A DNA stretch of 64,000 nt from an uncultured Methanosarcinales archaeon. Its GTDB lineage: Archaea; Nanobdellota; Nanobdellia; Woesearchaeales; CAYMBN01. Numbering within the stretch: position 1 is the first letter of the stretch; each line of letters opens with the position of its first letter. The notes under the pieces are model-generated. The model was given only the letters and a program-made list of their open reading frames with translations, did no database searches and had not been told where the DNA came from. Made by a program: the position numbers and the translations under genes. The stretch covers positions 3,434 through 67,433 of the forward strand of contig CAYMBN010000005.1 in NCBI GenBank assembly GCA_964388715.1, written 5' to 3'. This document shows positions 18,444 through 28,638 of the stretch, in pieces.

Positions 18444-19519
18444 TTTATCTCAACAATCACACTCTTTTCTTTACTATTAACTTCTTTAACAACTTCATGC
18501 TTTTTTAATTTTTCCTTAATTTCCTTAAAAGAAAACTTTTTTCTTGCTTTTTTAAGTTCTAAAAGAATTTCCTTAATGATTTGATAATTGTTATAAATAG
18601 TCTCACCTTTTTCTTTATTCTCTTTTTCAGAGTTTTTTAGTTTTTTAATGGTTTTTTCTTGATCAACAATAATCCTCTTTAATTTAGTAATTTCTTTATT
18701 TTCCATCTGAGGTTGAATTACCTGTTTTGATAAAACATAATCTAGTGCTTCATTATAACTCTTAAAAAGTTCTTTTTTTTCTTTTTCATAAACTTTTAAA
18801 TTAAAGGGAATAATATCTCCCTTAACAACTTGAGCACTAATCTTTTCTTTTGTAATTTTCTTAATTTCTTTTAATATTTTCTTAATATCCTTCACTTGTG
18901 AAGGTTTATTATTCTTATCAATATTTAATCTTAAACATATTTCTTCTGAATAAATTCCACCCAAACCTAATTCAAGGGCAAGAGATTTTACTAAATTTTC
19001 TTTATTTGATTTTCCCAACAATTCTTTTAATGTCTTTTCAGTCAATTTAAAAAAATTATATTCTCTTCTAGGAGATTTATATAACTCATTAGGTTTAATT
19101 GTTCTATCTTTCCATTTTTTATATTCAATTGCACTCAAAATCTTATTATCTTTTAATAAAATTAAGTTACCTTTTCCAAACAATTCAACAATTAAATTAA
19201 ATTTTTCATCCTTTGTTTCAATCTCAATATTAACAACCCTTTCAGAATCAATCTGCTTTACTTCTCTAATTCTTCCACTAGTAAGTTTTTTTCTTAAAAA
19301 CATACAAAAACCAGTTGGAGAATCATATTTTCCTTTCTCCTTGGTCAAATAAATAAAATTTCCAGATATTCTCAACAATTTTTTACCTTTATTAGGAACA
19401 TGCAACTGGAATAAAACATTAACTTTATCATGATAAATTTTATCTATTTTACTACCTACTAAAATCTGAAGTTCATTTACAATATAATGAATTTCAATAC
19501 TTGATAAGTTTCTTTTCAT
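18440..19519 (-). CDS. NFACT-N domain protein (truncated Rqc2/NEMF/FbpA-like) with K/E-rich coiled-coil tail
   Basis: FCMFLRKKLTSGRIREVKQIDSERVVNIEIE…LIVELFGKGNLILL matches the NFACT-N core; no NFACT-R/DUF814 region. Confidence 0.55.
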   Translation of the reverse strand: MKRNLSSIEIHYIVNELQILVGSKIDKIYHDKVNVLFQLHVPNKGKKLLRISGNFIYLTKEKGKYDSPTGFCMFLRKKLTSGRIREVKQIDSERVVNIEIETKDEKFNLIVELFGKGNLILLKDNKILSAIEYKKWKDRTIKPNELYKSPRREYNFFKLTEKTLKELLGKSNKENLVKSLALELGLGGIYSEEICLRLNIDKNNKPSQVKDIKKILKEIKKITKEKISAQVVKGDIIPFNLKVYEKEKKELFKSYNEALDYVLSKQVIQPQMENKEITKLKRIIVDQEKTIKKLKNSEKENKEKGETIYNNYQIIKEILLELKKARKKFSFKEIKEKLKKHEVVKEVNSKEKSVIVEIK

Positions 19520-19610
19520 AACAACAAAAAAAACATTATTGATATATAAATCTACTCAAATTTGAAGATAATCACATTACCTAATCTTCCTCAAAAAAAA
19601 GACCACAACC

Positions 19611-19620
19611 TTTATAAATA
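19611..19620 (+). promoter_or_regulatory. TATA box (TTTATAAATA) candidate distal promoter of the ribosomal-protein operon
   Basis: Same decamer recurs upstream of rpl34e and tyrS; would give an about 130-nt structured leader. Confidence 0.35.
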
Positions 19621-19776
19621 AGCCCCATTTTTTAGACTTAAAGTGTTTAAATATGGGGTTTGAACACGTGTAAACCAATGCCTGAAAAGAAGCTTTTCAG
19701 TACAAGTTTTTTCTATTGAGAGGCTTCAATAAAAGGTGTATTTTAAAAAAGAGGCAATACAAGGAGCTAATTTAAT

Positions 19777-20754
19777 ATGCCAACAACAAGAAGTCCAAGA
19801 AAAGGAAGTTTACAATTTTGGCCTCGTAAGAGAGCCAAAAGACATTATGCTAGAGTTAGATCTTGGATTACAAAAAAAGAGGTTAAACCACTAGGTTTTA
19901 TTGGCTATAAAGCAGGCATGACACATATTATAGCAATTGATAACAGAGCAACAACAAAAACCAAAGGCTCAGAGATTTTCATTCCAGTGACAATTATCGA
20001 ATGCCCACCAATTAAGGTGCTTGGCATCAGATTCTACAAAAAATCCTATCATGGATTACAACCTCTTTCTCAAATTCTTGCTCAAAAAAATGACAAAGAA
20101 CTTATAAGAAAAATAAAATTACCTAAATCCCAAAAATTAAAGATAGAAGATATTAAAGAATTTGACGATCTAAAAATATTAGTTTATTCACAACCTAAAT
20201 TAACTGGTATTGGAAAGAAAAAGCCAGAAATAATTGAAGTTGCACTTGGTGGTTCAAAAGAAGACAAATTAAAGTTTGCCAAAGAAAATCTTGGAAAAGA
20301 ATTACTTGTTAACAATGTTTTCAAAGAAGGACAACAAGTTGATATTCACTCAATTACAAAAGGAAAAGGGTATCAAGGCCCTGTAAAAAGATTTGGCGTT
20401 AAAATTAGATCACACAAATCAGAGAAAACAAAGCGTGGTCCAGCTAACTTAGGTGCATGGACAGGAAGTAGAACATGGACAGTTGCACACGCTGGTAAAA
20501 TGGGTTTTCATCAAAGAACTGAATATAATAAATGGTTATTAAAAATTAGTGATAAACCTGAAGAAATAAACCCAAAAGGTGGTTTTGTTAATTTTGGATT
20601 TGTAAAAAACAATTATCTTATGTTAAAAGGTTCTATTGGTGGGAGTAAGAAAAGAGCAGTCATTATTACTGATACAATAAGACCAAACAAAAAAATTTTA
20701 AACAAAGTACCTGAAATTAAATATATCAGTTTAGAATCAAAACAAGGTAAATAA
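19777..20754 (+). CDS. rpl3: ribosomal protein uL3
   Basis: Sequence and position at head of conserved archaeal cluster; AGGAG 11 nt upstream. Confidence 0.9.
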   Translation: MPTTRSPRKGSLQFWPRKRAKRHYARVRSWITKKEVKPLGFIGYKAGMTHIIAIDNRATTKTKGSEIFIPVTIIECPPIKVLGIRFYKKSYHGLQPLSQILAQKNDKELIRKIKLPKSQKLKIEDIKEFDDLKILVYSQPKLTGIGKKKPEIIEVALGGSKEDKLKFAKENLGKELLVNNVFKEGQQVDIHSITKGKGYQGPVKRFGVKIRSHKSEKTKRGPANLGAWTGSRTWTVAHAGKMGFHQRTEYNKWLLKISDKPEEINPKGGFVNFGFVKNNYLMLKGSIGGSKKRAVIITDTIRPNKKILNKVPEIKYISLESKQGK

Positions 20755-20756
20755 AG

Positions 20757-21563
20757 ATGAAAATAAGATTATTAGACATTGAAGGGAAGGAAAAAGCCAC
20801 AAAAGAATTACCTAAACAGTTTAAAGAAGATATAAGACCAAATTTAATATTAAGAGCGGTTTTAGCTATTAAAAGTCATAAAAGACAAAAGTATGGTTCT
20901 GATTCAAGAGCAGGTAAAAAAGTATCAGCACAAGTTTCCAAAAGAAGAAAAAAATACAGAGGATGTTATGGTTTTGGAATTTCAAGAGTTCCAAGAAAAA
21001 TTTTAAGTCGAAGAGGAACAAGAATGAATTGGGTTGGTGCACTTGTTCCAGGTACTGTTGGTGGTAGAAGAGCACATCCACCAAAAGCTGAAAAAAATTG
21101 GGAACAAAAAATAAACAAGAAAGAAAAAAGAAAAGCTATTAGAAGTGCAATTAGTGCAACAATTAACAAAGAATTAGTAGAAAAAAGAGGACATAAAGTT
21201 CCTAATAATTATCCATTTATAATTGATTCAAAAATTCAAGAAATTAACAAAACCAAAGAAGTAAAAAAACTTTTAGTCAAACTAGGACTAAAAGAAGAAC
21301 TTAAAAGGGCAAGTAGCAAAAAAATAAGGGCTGGAAAAGGAAAATTAAGAGGAAGAAAATATAAAAAAAAGACCGGTCCGTTAATAGTTGTGTCTGAAGA
21401 TTGTAAATTAACAAAAAGTGTCAGAAACATACCAGGTTGTAATATTATTAGTGTCAAAAATTTGAATGCAGACATATTAGCTCCTGGTGCAAATGTAGGA
21501 AGATTAACAATATTTTCAGAAGATGCTATCAATAAAATGGAAAAGGAGAAATTATTTTTATAA
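20757..21563 (+). CDS. rpl4: ribosomal protein uL4
   Basis: Conserved order and sequence. Confidence 0.85.
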   Translation: MKIRLLDIEGKEKATKELPKQFKEDIRPNLILRAVLAIKSHKRQKYGSDSRAGKKVSAQVSKRRKKYRGCYGFGISRVPRKILSRRGTRMNWVGALVPGTVGGRRAHPPKAEKNWEQKINKKEKRKAIRSAISATINKELVEKRGHKVPNNYPFIIDSKIQEINKTKEVKKLLVKLGLKEELKRASSKKIRAGKGKLRGRKYKKKTGPLIVVSEDCKLTKSVRNIPGCNIISVKNLNADILAPGANVGRLTIFSEDAINKMEKEKLFL

Positions 21564-21571
21564 GGTGTAAA

Positions 21572-21832
21572 ATGGATCCATACAAAATAATCAAAAACCC
21601 ACTTGCAACAGAAAAATCAATTAGATTAATGGAATCTGAAAACAAATTAATTTTTGTAGTAGATCAAAAAGCAAAAAAGAAGGATATTAAAATAGCTGTT
21701 GAAGAAATTTTTAAAGTTAAAGTAGAAAAAGTAAATACTTTTTTAACACCAAAAGGAGAAAAAAGAGCTTATGTTAAGTTTAACAAGGATAACCCTGCAA
21801 TTGACATTGCAACACAAATGGGGTTAATGTAA
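21572..21832 (+). CDS. rpl23: ribosomal protein uL23
   Basis: Conserved order; 86 aa. Confidence 0.85.
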   Translation: MDPYKIIKNPLATEKSIRLMESENKLIFVVDQKAKKKDIKIAVEEIFKVKVEKVNTFLTPKGEKRAYVKFNKDNPAIDIATQMGLM

Positions 21833-21844
21833 CGGTGATTAAAT

Positions 21845-22561
21845 ATGGGTAAAAATTTAATACAACAAGCACGTGGAAAAGGAGGCCCAAGGTATAGGGC
21901 ACCAAGTTTTAGATATAAAGGTAAAGCAACCCATAACAAATTCACTGATAAAATAATCAAAGGTATTGTCATAGATATAATTCATTGTCAAGGTCATTCA
22001 GCACCTCTTGCAGAAATCAGGTATGAAAATAATGAAAAAATATTAATGATTGCTCCTGAAGGCATAAAAGTTGGTGACAGTGTAGAATCAGGGGGAAAGA
22101 ACATTAATAATGGTAACATTCTTGCACTAAAAGATTTACCAATTGGTACACAAATATATAATATTGAATCAAACCCTGGAGACGGTGGAAAATTCGTACG
22201 TTCTTCAGGCACATGTGCTAGAGTTATAGGAAAAATAGGAAATGAAATTAATGTAGAATTGCCTTCTAAGAAAAAGAAAATGTTTAATGAAAAATGTAGA
22301 GCATGTATTGGATTAATAGCAGGTGGTGGAAGAACAGAAAAACCATTACTAAGAGCTGGTACAATGTTCTTTAAGATGAAAGCTAAAAATAAATTATGGC
22401 CAAAAGTAAGTGGTAGTGCCATGAATGCAGTTGATCATCCATTTGGAAATGCACGTTCATCTAGAAAATCAAAAGCAAAACCTATGCCAAGAAACGCTCC
22501 ACCTGGTAGAAAAGTTGGTATGATTGCTGCAAAAAGAACCGGAAGGAGGAAGAAAAAGTAA
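21845..22561 (+). CDS. rpl2: ribosomal protein uL2
   Basis: GGKFVRSSGTCARVIGK, DHPFGNARSS motifs. Confidence 0.9.
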   Translation: MGKNLIQQARGKGGPRYRAPSFRYKGKATHNKFTDKIIKGIVIDIIHCQGHSAPLAEIRYENNEKILMIAPEGIKVGDSVESGGKNINNGNILALKDLPIGTQIYNIESNPGDGGKFVRSSGTCARVIGKIGNEINVELPSKKKKMFNEKCRACIGLIAGGGRTEKPLLRAGTMFFKMKAKNKLWPKVSGSAMNAVDHPFGNARSSRKSKAKPMPRNAPPGRKVGMIAAKRTGRRKKK

Positions 22562-22567
22562 ACTAAA

Positions 22568-22951
22568 ATGGCAAAAAAAGAATTCACATACAAAGGAAAA
22601 ACATTAGATGAATTAAAAAAGTTAAGCTTAAAAGAATTTATTGAATTAGTTCCAACAAGGATTAGAAGGACACTTAAAAGAGGTTTTACAGATCAACAAA
22701 AAATATTGATTGAAAATATAAAAAAGGGTAAAAAAACTATTAAAACACATTGTAGAACTATGATAATTTTACCATTTATGGTTGGATTAACTATTAATGT
22801 TTATAACGGAAAAGAATTTGTTCCAGTAGCAATTCAAACAGAAATGGTTGCTCATCGTTTAGGAGAATTCACATTAACAAGAAAAGGAGTTAAACATAGT
22901 GCACCTGGTATTGGAGCAACAAGATCAAGTGCAGCTATATCAGTGAGGTAA
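22568..22951 (+). CDS. rps19: ribosomal protein uS19
   Basis: [22 protein letters not shown]. Confidence 0.85.
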   Translation: MAKKEFTYKGKTLDELKKLSLKEFIELVPTRIRRTLKRGFTDQQKILIENIKKGKKTIKTHCRTMIILPFMVGLTINVYNGKEFVPVAIQTEMVAHRLGEFTLTRKGVKHSAPGIGATRSSAAISVR

Positions 22952-22953
22952 TT

Positions 22954-23526
22954 ATGACACAATACAAATATTCAACAAAAAATTATAACAAAGAGCTCAT
23001 GGCAAGAGCAGTTGGGAGAGATTTATCTATCTCAACAAAACAATCTGTTGAAATTTGTAATTTTTTAAGAAATAAAAAACTTGAAACAGCAAAGAGTATA
23101 TTACAAGGTGCAATTCAAAAAAAGAAACCCATCCCATTCAAAAGATACAATAAAGATATGGGCCATAAAAGAGGTAATATTGCAGCAGGACGTTATCCTG
23201 TAAAAGCATGTGAACAAATATTAAGTTTAATAGAAAGTGTTGAAGCAAACGCACAATTTAAAGGATTAAGCACTGGAAATCTAGTTTTAAAATTCATCAA
23301 AGCTAGTAAAGCAAGAAGACCTTGGCATTTTGGAAGAAAAAGAAGAAGAAAAATGAAAAGATCACATATTGAAGTAATTGTTGAAGAAGGAGTAGAAAAA
23401 AAGAAAGAAGTTCCAAAAAAAACAAAAGAAGAAGCACCTAAAAAAGAAACTAAGCCAACAGAACAAAAAAAAGACAATAAAACTCAAAAAACTCCTACAA
23501 AAACTAAAGAGGAAACCAAAAAATGA
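22954..23526 (+). CDS. rpl22: ribosomal protein uL22 with K/E/T-rich C-terminal extension
   Basis: Core matches L22; about 60-aa low-complexity tail. Confidence 0.8.
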   Translation: MTQYKYSTKNYNKELMARAVGRDLSISTKQSVEICNFLRNKKLETAKSILQGAIQKKKPIPFKRYNKDMGHKRGNIAAGRYPVKACEQILSLIESVEANAQFKGLSTGNLVLKFIKASKARRPWHFGRKRRRKMKRSHIEVIVEEGVEKKKEVPKKTKEEAPKKETKPTEQKKDNKTQKTPTKTKEETKK

Positions 23527-24293
23527 TCGAGCGAAACCTAGTTAAACAAAAGAAAAAGGAATTTCAAGTACATAAATTTATTTCAGATAATTTAAACAGA
23601 GTTGGTCATTCACATACTAAAGTACAAAGAACACCTCTTGGAGAAAAAATTATAATTTTCACTTCAAGACCAGGATTAGTCGTTGGAAGTAAAGGTTCTA
23701 ACATAAAAAGACTTACAGGATTACTTAAAACAAAATTTGGTTTAGAAAATCCACAAATCGAAATTGCGGAAGTTGAAAACGTTAATTTAGATGCAAATAT
23801 TGTTGCTGAAAGAATTACTAACTCACTAGAAAAATATGGCACAGGAAAATTTAAGGGTGTTGGACACAAAGTAATGGGAGATGTTATGAATTCCGGTGCT
23901 CTTGGAATAGAAATAATAATGAGTGGAAAAATTCCTGGTGCAAGAGCAAGAAGTTGGAGATTTTATACCGGTTATCTAAAAAAATGTGGTGAATTAGCAG
24001 TAAATGATGTTTTAATCGCTTACAAAACAGCACAGCTTAAAACAGGTAGTATAGGTATTAAAGTAAGTATAATGCCACCATGGATAAAAGAAAAATTACC
24101 AGATAATATTCAATTCATAGATGAAATTAAAGAAGAAGTTACTGAACAACCTAAGGAAGAAAAGGAAGTTATTAAACAAGCAAAAGATAAGAAGAAATCT
24201 TCAAAAAAACTTCCAAAAGAAGAAACACAAAAAGAAAAAAATACAAAAAAACAAAGTAAAAAGGAGCAAGAAGATGGTAATACTAAAAAGTAA
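23523..24293 (+). CDS. rps3: ribosomal protein uS3 with K/E-rich C-terminal tail
   Basis: KH domain (IIIFTSRPGLVVGSKGSNIKRL) and S3 C-domain. Confidence 0.85.
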   Translation: MIERNLVKQKKKEFQVHKFISDNLNRVGHSHTKVQRTPLGEKIIIFTSRPGLVVGSKGSNIKRLTGLLKTKFGLENPQIEIAEVENVNLDANIVAERITNSLEKYGTGKFKGVGHKVMGDVMNSGALGIEIIMSGKIPGARARSWRFYTGYLKKCGELAVNDVLIAYKTAQLKTGSIGIKVSIMPPWIKEKLPDNIQFIDEIKEEVTEQPKEEKEVIKQAKDKKKSSKKLPKEETQKEKNTKKQSKKEQEDGNTKK

Positions 24294-24474
24294 AGACATT
24301 AAAAGTATGACAAAAGAAGAATTAGAAGAAAAATTAAGAGAACTAAAAAAAGAGATTATGAAAGAAAGAGTCCAAATTTCAACAGGTACTGCTCTTAAAA
24401 GTCCTGGCCAGATTAAAGCTACAAAAAAAACAATCGCCAGAATCTTAACACATTTGAATCAAAAAAAATTATGA
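24274..24474 (+). CDS. rpl29: ribosomal protein uL29
   Basis: MVILKSKDIKSMTKEELEEKLRELKKEIMKERVQ… Start taken at ATG 24274 after AAGGAGC; the track ORF 24121-24474 is an upstream spurious extension through the S3 tail. Confidence 0.75.
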   Translation: MVILKSKDIKSMTKEELEEKLRELKKEIMKERVQISTGTALKSPGQIKATKKTIARILTHLNQKKL

Positions 24475-24482
24475 GGAGGAAT

Positions 24483-24791
24483 ATGTCAGAAATATGTACA
24501 CAATGTGGCTTACCAAAAGAACTTTGTGTTTGTGAAACAATAGCAAAAGAAAGTCAAAGGATCAAAGTAACAACAACTAAAAGAAAATTTGGAAAAATAT
24601 ATACTGAAATTGAAGGAATTGACGGAAAAGACATTAACATGAAGGATCTCACAAAAAAACTTAAGTCCAAATTTGCGTGTGGAGGGACATGGAAAGAAAA
24701 CAAAATTGAGTTACAAGGAAATCACAAAAACAAAGTAAAAGCAATTTTGATTGAAATGGGCTTTCCAGCCGAAACAATTGAAGTGAAATAA
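24483..24791 (+). CDS. translation initiation factor aSUI1 (eIF1 homologue)
   Basis: SUI1 fold motifs (KRKFGKIYTEIEGIDGKDIN…KFACGGT); GAGGAGG precedes ATG 24483. Confidence 0.75.
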   Translation: MSEICTQCGLPKELCVCETIAKESQRIKVTTTKRKFGKIYTEIEGIDGKDINMKDLTKKLKSKFACGGTWKENKIELQGNHKNKVKAILIEMGFPAETIEVK

Positions 24792-24826
24792 AAAAATTTC
24801 AAAAAAGCTTTGGTGAGCTAAAAAAA

Positions 24827-25081
24827 ATGAATATCAAAGATATCATTAAACATGAATTGATTGGATTAAACATTGAAATAATCAATTCAAAAAATAAAAG
24901 TAACATTGGAATCAAAGGAAAAATAATTGACGAAACAAAACACACATTAAAAATAAAAAAAGGTGATAAGATCAAAACAGTTTTCAAAAAAAACATTATT
25001 TTGAAAACAAAAGTTAACAATCATTCAATCAAAATTGATGGTTACAAATTAGTAAAAAGAAGCTATGAACGGGTGAAATGA
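24827..25081 (+). CDS. RNase P protein component 1 (Rpp29/Pop4)
   Basis: Conserved position between SUI1 and S17; Sm-like barrel-sized basic protein. Confidence 0.65.
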   Translation: MNIKDIIKHELIGLNIEIINSKNKSNIGIKGKIIDETKHTLKIKKGDKIKTVFKKNIILKTKVNNHSIKIDGYKLVKRSYERVK

Positions 25082-25525
25082 ATGAAAAATATTGGAATTA
25101 AAACAAATGTTCCAAAGAAAAAATGTGAAGACAAAAACTGTCCTCATCATGGTAGTTTGAGAGTTAAAGGAAATATTATTACAGGAACTGTTGTATCAGA
25201 TAAAATGCATAAAAGCATTACTGTTAAATGGGGCAGAAAAATTTTAATCCCAAAATATGAAAGATACGAGAAAAGAATTACTAAAATTAAAGCTCATAAT
25301 CCAACATGTATTAATGCAAAAGAAGGAGATATTGTAAGAATAATGTTATGTAAACCACTAAGTAAAACCAAAAATTATGTGGTAATTGATATTTTAGGTA
25401 AAGAAAAAGGATATATTGAAAGAAAAGAAGCATTAGAAGAATCAAAATTTAAAGAAAAACCTTTAATCAAAAAGGAAGAAGGGGAAAAGGAAGAAAATGC
25501 AAGCGCTAAAAGCAAAGATCAGTAA
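25082..25525 (+). CDS. rps17: ribosomal protein uS17 with K/E-rich C-terminal extension
   Basis: CPHHGSLRVKGNIITGTVVSDKMHKSITV. Confidence 0.8.
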   Translation: MKNIGIKTNVPKKKCEDKNCPHHGSLRVKGNIITGTVVSDKMHKSITVKWGRKILIPKYERYEKRITKIKAHNPTCINAKEGDIVRIMLCKPLSKTKNYVVIDILGKEKGYIERKEALEESKFKEKPLIKKEEGEKEENASAKSKDQ

Positions 25526-25898
25526 AGGACTCCAAATAGGATCATGGTTATCAACATGTGATAATTCAGGAGCTAAGATAATTAAAGTTATATCAGTTAA
25601 AGGCCAAAAAACTGTTAAAGGAAGAAAACCAAAAGCAGGAGTTGCCGATCTTATACTAGCTTCAGTAAAAAAAGGTAAACCAGAGATGAGAAAAGAAGTT
25701 GTCTTTGCTGTAATTGTGAGACAAAAAAAAGAGTATAAAAGGGCTGATGGTACAAGAATTAAGTTTGAGGATAATGCAGCAGTTGTATTAAAAGATGACA
25801 AAGGAAACCCAAAAGGAACCATATTCAAAGGTGCTATTGCAAAGGAAGCATGTGAACGATGGCCAGGCGTAGCAAAACTTGCTAATATAATTGTATAA
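25497..25898 (+). CDS. rpl14: ribosomal protein uL14
   Basis: GSWLSTCDNSGAKIIKVISV. Confidence 0.9.
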   Translation: MQALKAKISKGLQIGSWLSTCDNSGAKIIKVISVKGQKTVKGRKPKAGVADLILASVKKGKPEMRKEVVFAVIVRQKKEYKRADGTRIKFEDNAAVVLKDDKGNPKGTIFKGAIAKEACERWPGVAKLANIIV

Positions 25899-25906
25899 GT
25901 GATAAA

Positions 25907-26275
25907 ATGAGAAAAAAATTTTCAAAATCATGGGAAAAAAGTAAAAAAACAAGAAAACAAAGGAAATATTTAGAGAACGCTCCATTACATATTAAACAAA
26001 AATTTATGGGATGTCACCTTATAAAGGAACTAAGAAAAAAATATAATAAAAGATCTTTAAGTGCTAGAAAAGGAGACAAAGTTAAAATATTAAGAGGACA
26101 ATTTAAAGGACAAATTGGAAAAATTGATAGAATGGATATAAAAAAATCAAAAATATTTATCCAAGGGATTGAAATAATAAAAAAGGATGGTACTAAAACC
26201 AATTATCCAATACACCCATCAAATGTTACAATCATGGAAATTTATTTAGATGATAAAAGAAGGTTAAAAAAATGA
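25907..26275 (+). CDS. rpl24: ribosomal protein uL24 (KOW)
   Basis: KGDKVKILRGQFKGQIGKI. Confidence 0.85.
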   Translation: MRKKFSKSWEKSKKTRKQRKYLENAPLHIKQKFMGCHLIKELRKKYNKRSLSARKGDKVKILRGQFKGQIGKIDRMDIKKSKIFIQGIEIIKKDGTKTNYPIHPSNVTIMEIYLDDKRRLKK

Positions 26276-26958
26276 AACAACATATCAAAAGATTAAATAC
26301 ACCAAAAACATGGAACATTAAAAGAAAAGGTATTTGCTGGATTACAAGACCTAAACCCGGTGCACATCCCCTTAAATTTGGAATGTCCATTAATTCAGTA
26401 CTTAAAGAAATATTAAAGTTAACAAAAACAACAAAAGAAAGTAAAAGAATTATTAATAATAAAAATATTTTGATTGATGGTAAAATTATAAAGGAACATA
26501 GATTCCTTGTCGGATTTATGGATGTTATATCTCTTCCTTCAATAAAAAAATATTATAGGATAATTTTTGATAAAAAGGGTAGATTAAGTCTAATTGAAAT
26601 TGATGAAAAAGAGTCCAAAATGAAAATATGTAAAATTTTAAACAAACATACTCTTAAGGGTAAAATACAAATCAATTTTACCGACTCAAGAAATATAATC
26701 GTTGATAAAAATAGTTACAACACAAGTGATTCTTTACTTATTACCTTACCTGATCAAAAAATTAAAGATCATATAAAATTCGAAAAAAATTCAACTATTT
26801 ATTTAATTGGTGGAAAACATATTGGAATAATTGGGAAAGTTGAAGAAATAAAAGGAAATAAGTTCATATTTAAAACACAAAAAGGTGAAACATACGAAAC
26901 ACTCAAAAAATATGCCTTTGTAATTGGTAAAGATAAACCTATAATGAAACTAGAATGA
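26272..26958 (+). CDS. rps4e: ribosomal protein eS4
   Basis: MKQHIKRLNTPKTWNIKRKG…. Confidence 0.85.
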   Translation: MKQHIKRLNTPKTWNIKRKGICWITRPKPGAHPLKFGMSINSVLKEILKLTKTTKESKRIINNKNILIDGKIIKEHRFLVGFMDVISLPSIKKYYRIIFDKKGRLSLIEIDEKESKMKICKILNKHTLKGKIQINFTDSRNIIVDKNSYNTSDSLLITLPDQKIKDHIKFEKNSTIYLIGGKHIGIIGKVEEIKGNKFIFKTQKGETYETLKKYAFVIGKDKPIMKLE

Positions 26959-27467
26959 ATTCCATGAAAAAAATTAGGATTGAGAAATTAACACTAAACA
27001 TTGGTTCAGGTAAAGAACAGAATATTCTAGATAAAGGTATGAAATTAATAAAAAATATTACTGGAACAACCCCAGTAAAGACAATTACACAAAAAAGAAT
27101 CCCTGGATGGGGATTAAGACCAGGATTACCTATTGGATGTAAGCTTACTTTAAGAAGGAAAAAAGCAGAAGAACTCTTATTAAGATTACTTGACGCAAAA
27201 AGCTTTACCTTAAATGAAAAACAGTTTGATTTATTTGGTAACATCTCTTTTGGAATTCCAGAATATATTGATATTAAAGATGCAAAATATGACCCAGAGA
27301 TAGGAATTATGGGTTTACAAGCATGTGTTACTCTTGAAAGACCAGGGTTTAGAATAAGAAAAAGAAAAATCAAACAAAAAAAAGTTCCTTTAAAACATAG
27401 AATAAAAAAACAGGAAGCAATTGAATTTATGAAGAAAAAATATAATATTAAGATGGGTGATGAATAA
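26955..27467 (+). CDS. rpl5: ribosomal protein uL5
   Basis: Conserved order and sequence. Confidence 0.85.
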   Translation: MNSMKKIRIEKLTLNIGSGKEQNILDKGMKLIKNITGTTPVKTITQKRIPGWGLRPGLPIGCKLTLRRKKAEELLLRLLDAKSFTLNEKQFDLFGNISFGIPEYIDIKDAKYDPEIGIMGLQACVTLERPGFRIRKRKIKQKKVPLKHRIKKQEAIEFMKKKYNIKMGDE

Positions 27468-27699
27468 AATGAGTTATGGTAGTCACGATAAAGTTTTCAA
27501 ACAACTTAAAATAAAACCTGCAAAACTAAAGAAATACATAAAACATAATGCACCTAAAAAGAGAAGTTGTGGTAGATCATTAAGAACATGTGAAAGGTGT
27601 GGTCGTGTTAGGGGACACATTCGTAAATATGGATTAAATTTTTGCAGACAATGTTTTAGGGAAATTGCTACCAAAATAGGATTTAAACAATATTCATAG
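27457..27699 (+). CDS. rps14: ribosomal protein uS14 (zinc type)
   Basis: [25 protein letters not shown]; the N-terminus may start at a later Met. Confidence 0.8.
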   Translation: MMNKMSYGSHDKVFKQLKIKPAKLKKYIKHNAPKKRSCGRSLRTCERCGRVRGHIRKYGLNFCRQCFREIATKIGFKQYS

Positions 27700-27710
27700 A
27701 GGGTAAAAAA

Positions 27711-28103
27711 ATGTCAATGAACGATCCAATCGCAAATGCTTTGTCAAAAATTTTGAATATGGAAAAAGTAGGAAAACATGTATGTTTAATTAGACCTAGT
27801 TCAAAAGTATTAAACAAAATACTTGAAATTATGAAAAATAACCTTTATATTGGTGATTTTACTATTATTAAAGATTCAAAAGGAGATGTTATAAGATTAA
27901 AATTAATTGGAAGAATTAACAAATGTGGTGCAATTAAACCAAAATACAGTGTCAAAAAAGATGAATATGAAAAATTTGAAAAAAGGTACTTACTTGCTAA
28001 AGACTTTGGTTTAATGATTGTTTCAACACCAAAAGGTATTATGATTCATACAGAAGCAAAAAAGAAAAACTTAGGAGGTAGGCTTTTAGCTTATTGTTAT
28101 TAA
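27711..28103 (+). CDS. rps8: ribosomal protein uS8
   Basis: Conserved order; MSMNDPIANALSKI…. Confidence 0.85.
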   Translation: MSMNDPIANALSKILNMEKVGKHVCLIRPSSKVLNKILEIMKNNLYIGDFTIIKDSKGDVIRLKLIGRINKCGAIKPKYSVKKDEYEKFEKRYLLAKDFGLMIVSTPKGIMIHTEAKKKNLGGRLLAYCY

Positions 28104-28104
28104 G

Positions 28105-28638
28105 ATGGAAGAAAAATTAATTATTCCTGAAAAAATAGAAGTAAAATTTGAAAAGAACATCCTAATAATTAAAGGTAAAAATGGTGAAGTAACCCGTGAA
28201 TTTAGGTATCCAGGAATAAATATTAAGATTAATACAAATGAAATAAGTATCAGTTCAAAAAAAGATAAAAAAAACAATAAGAAGATTATTGGATCATTCA
28301 AAGCCCACATTAAAAATATGTTTAAAGGGGCTAGTGAGGGGCATTTATATAAATTAAAAGTATGTGCAGGTCATTTTCCAGTAAATATAAGTGTGAAAAA
28401 CAATGAATTAATTGTTAAAAACTTCCTGGGGGAAAAAGTACCCCGAGTACTTAAACTAAAACAAGGTGTAAATGTTAAAATTGATGGTGAAATTATCACT
28501 GTTGAAGGCAGTAACAAAGAATTAACAGCACAAACAGCTGCTGACATTGAATTACTTTCAAAAGTTAAAAATCGTGATTTAAGAATTTTCCAAGATGGAA
28601 TATATATTGTTCATAAGGATGGTAAAGATCTAAAATGA
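28105..28638 (+). CDS. rpl6: ribosomal protein uL6
   Basis: Conserved order; two L6 repeats. Confidence 0.85.
   Translation: MEEKLIIPEKIEVKFEKNILIIKGKNGEVTREFRYPGINIKINTNEISISSKKDKKNNKKIIGSFKAHIKNMFKGASEGHLYKLKVCAGHFPVNISVKNNELIVKNFLGEKVPRVLKLKQGVNVKIDGEIITVEGSNKELTAQTAADIELLSKVKNRDLRIFQDGIYIVHKDGKDLK

Noticed and set aside
24121-24474. 117-aa ORF overlapping the end of rps3
   Set aside because: Its first about 50 codons are an out-of-frame read-through of the K-rich S3 tail. The real gene is uL29, beginning at ATG 24274 after an AAGGAGC Shine-Dalgarno.
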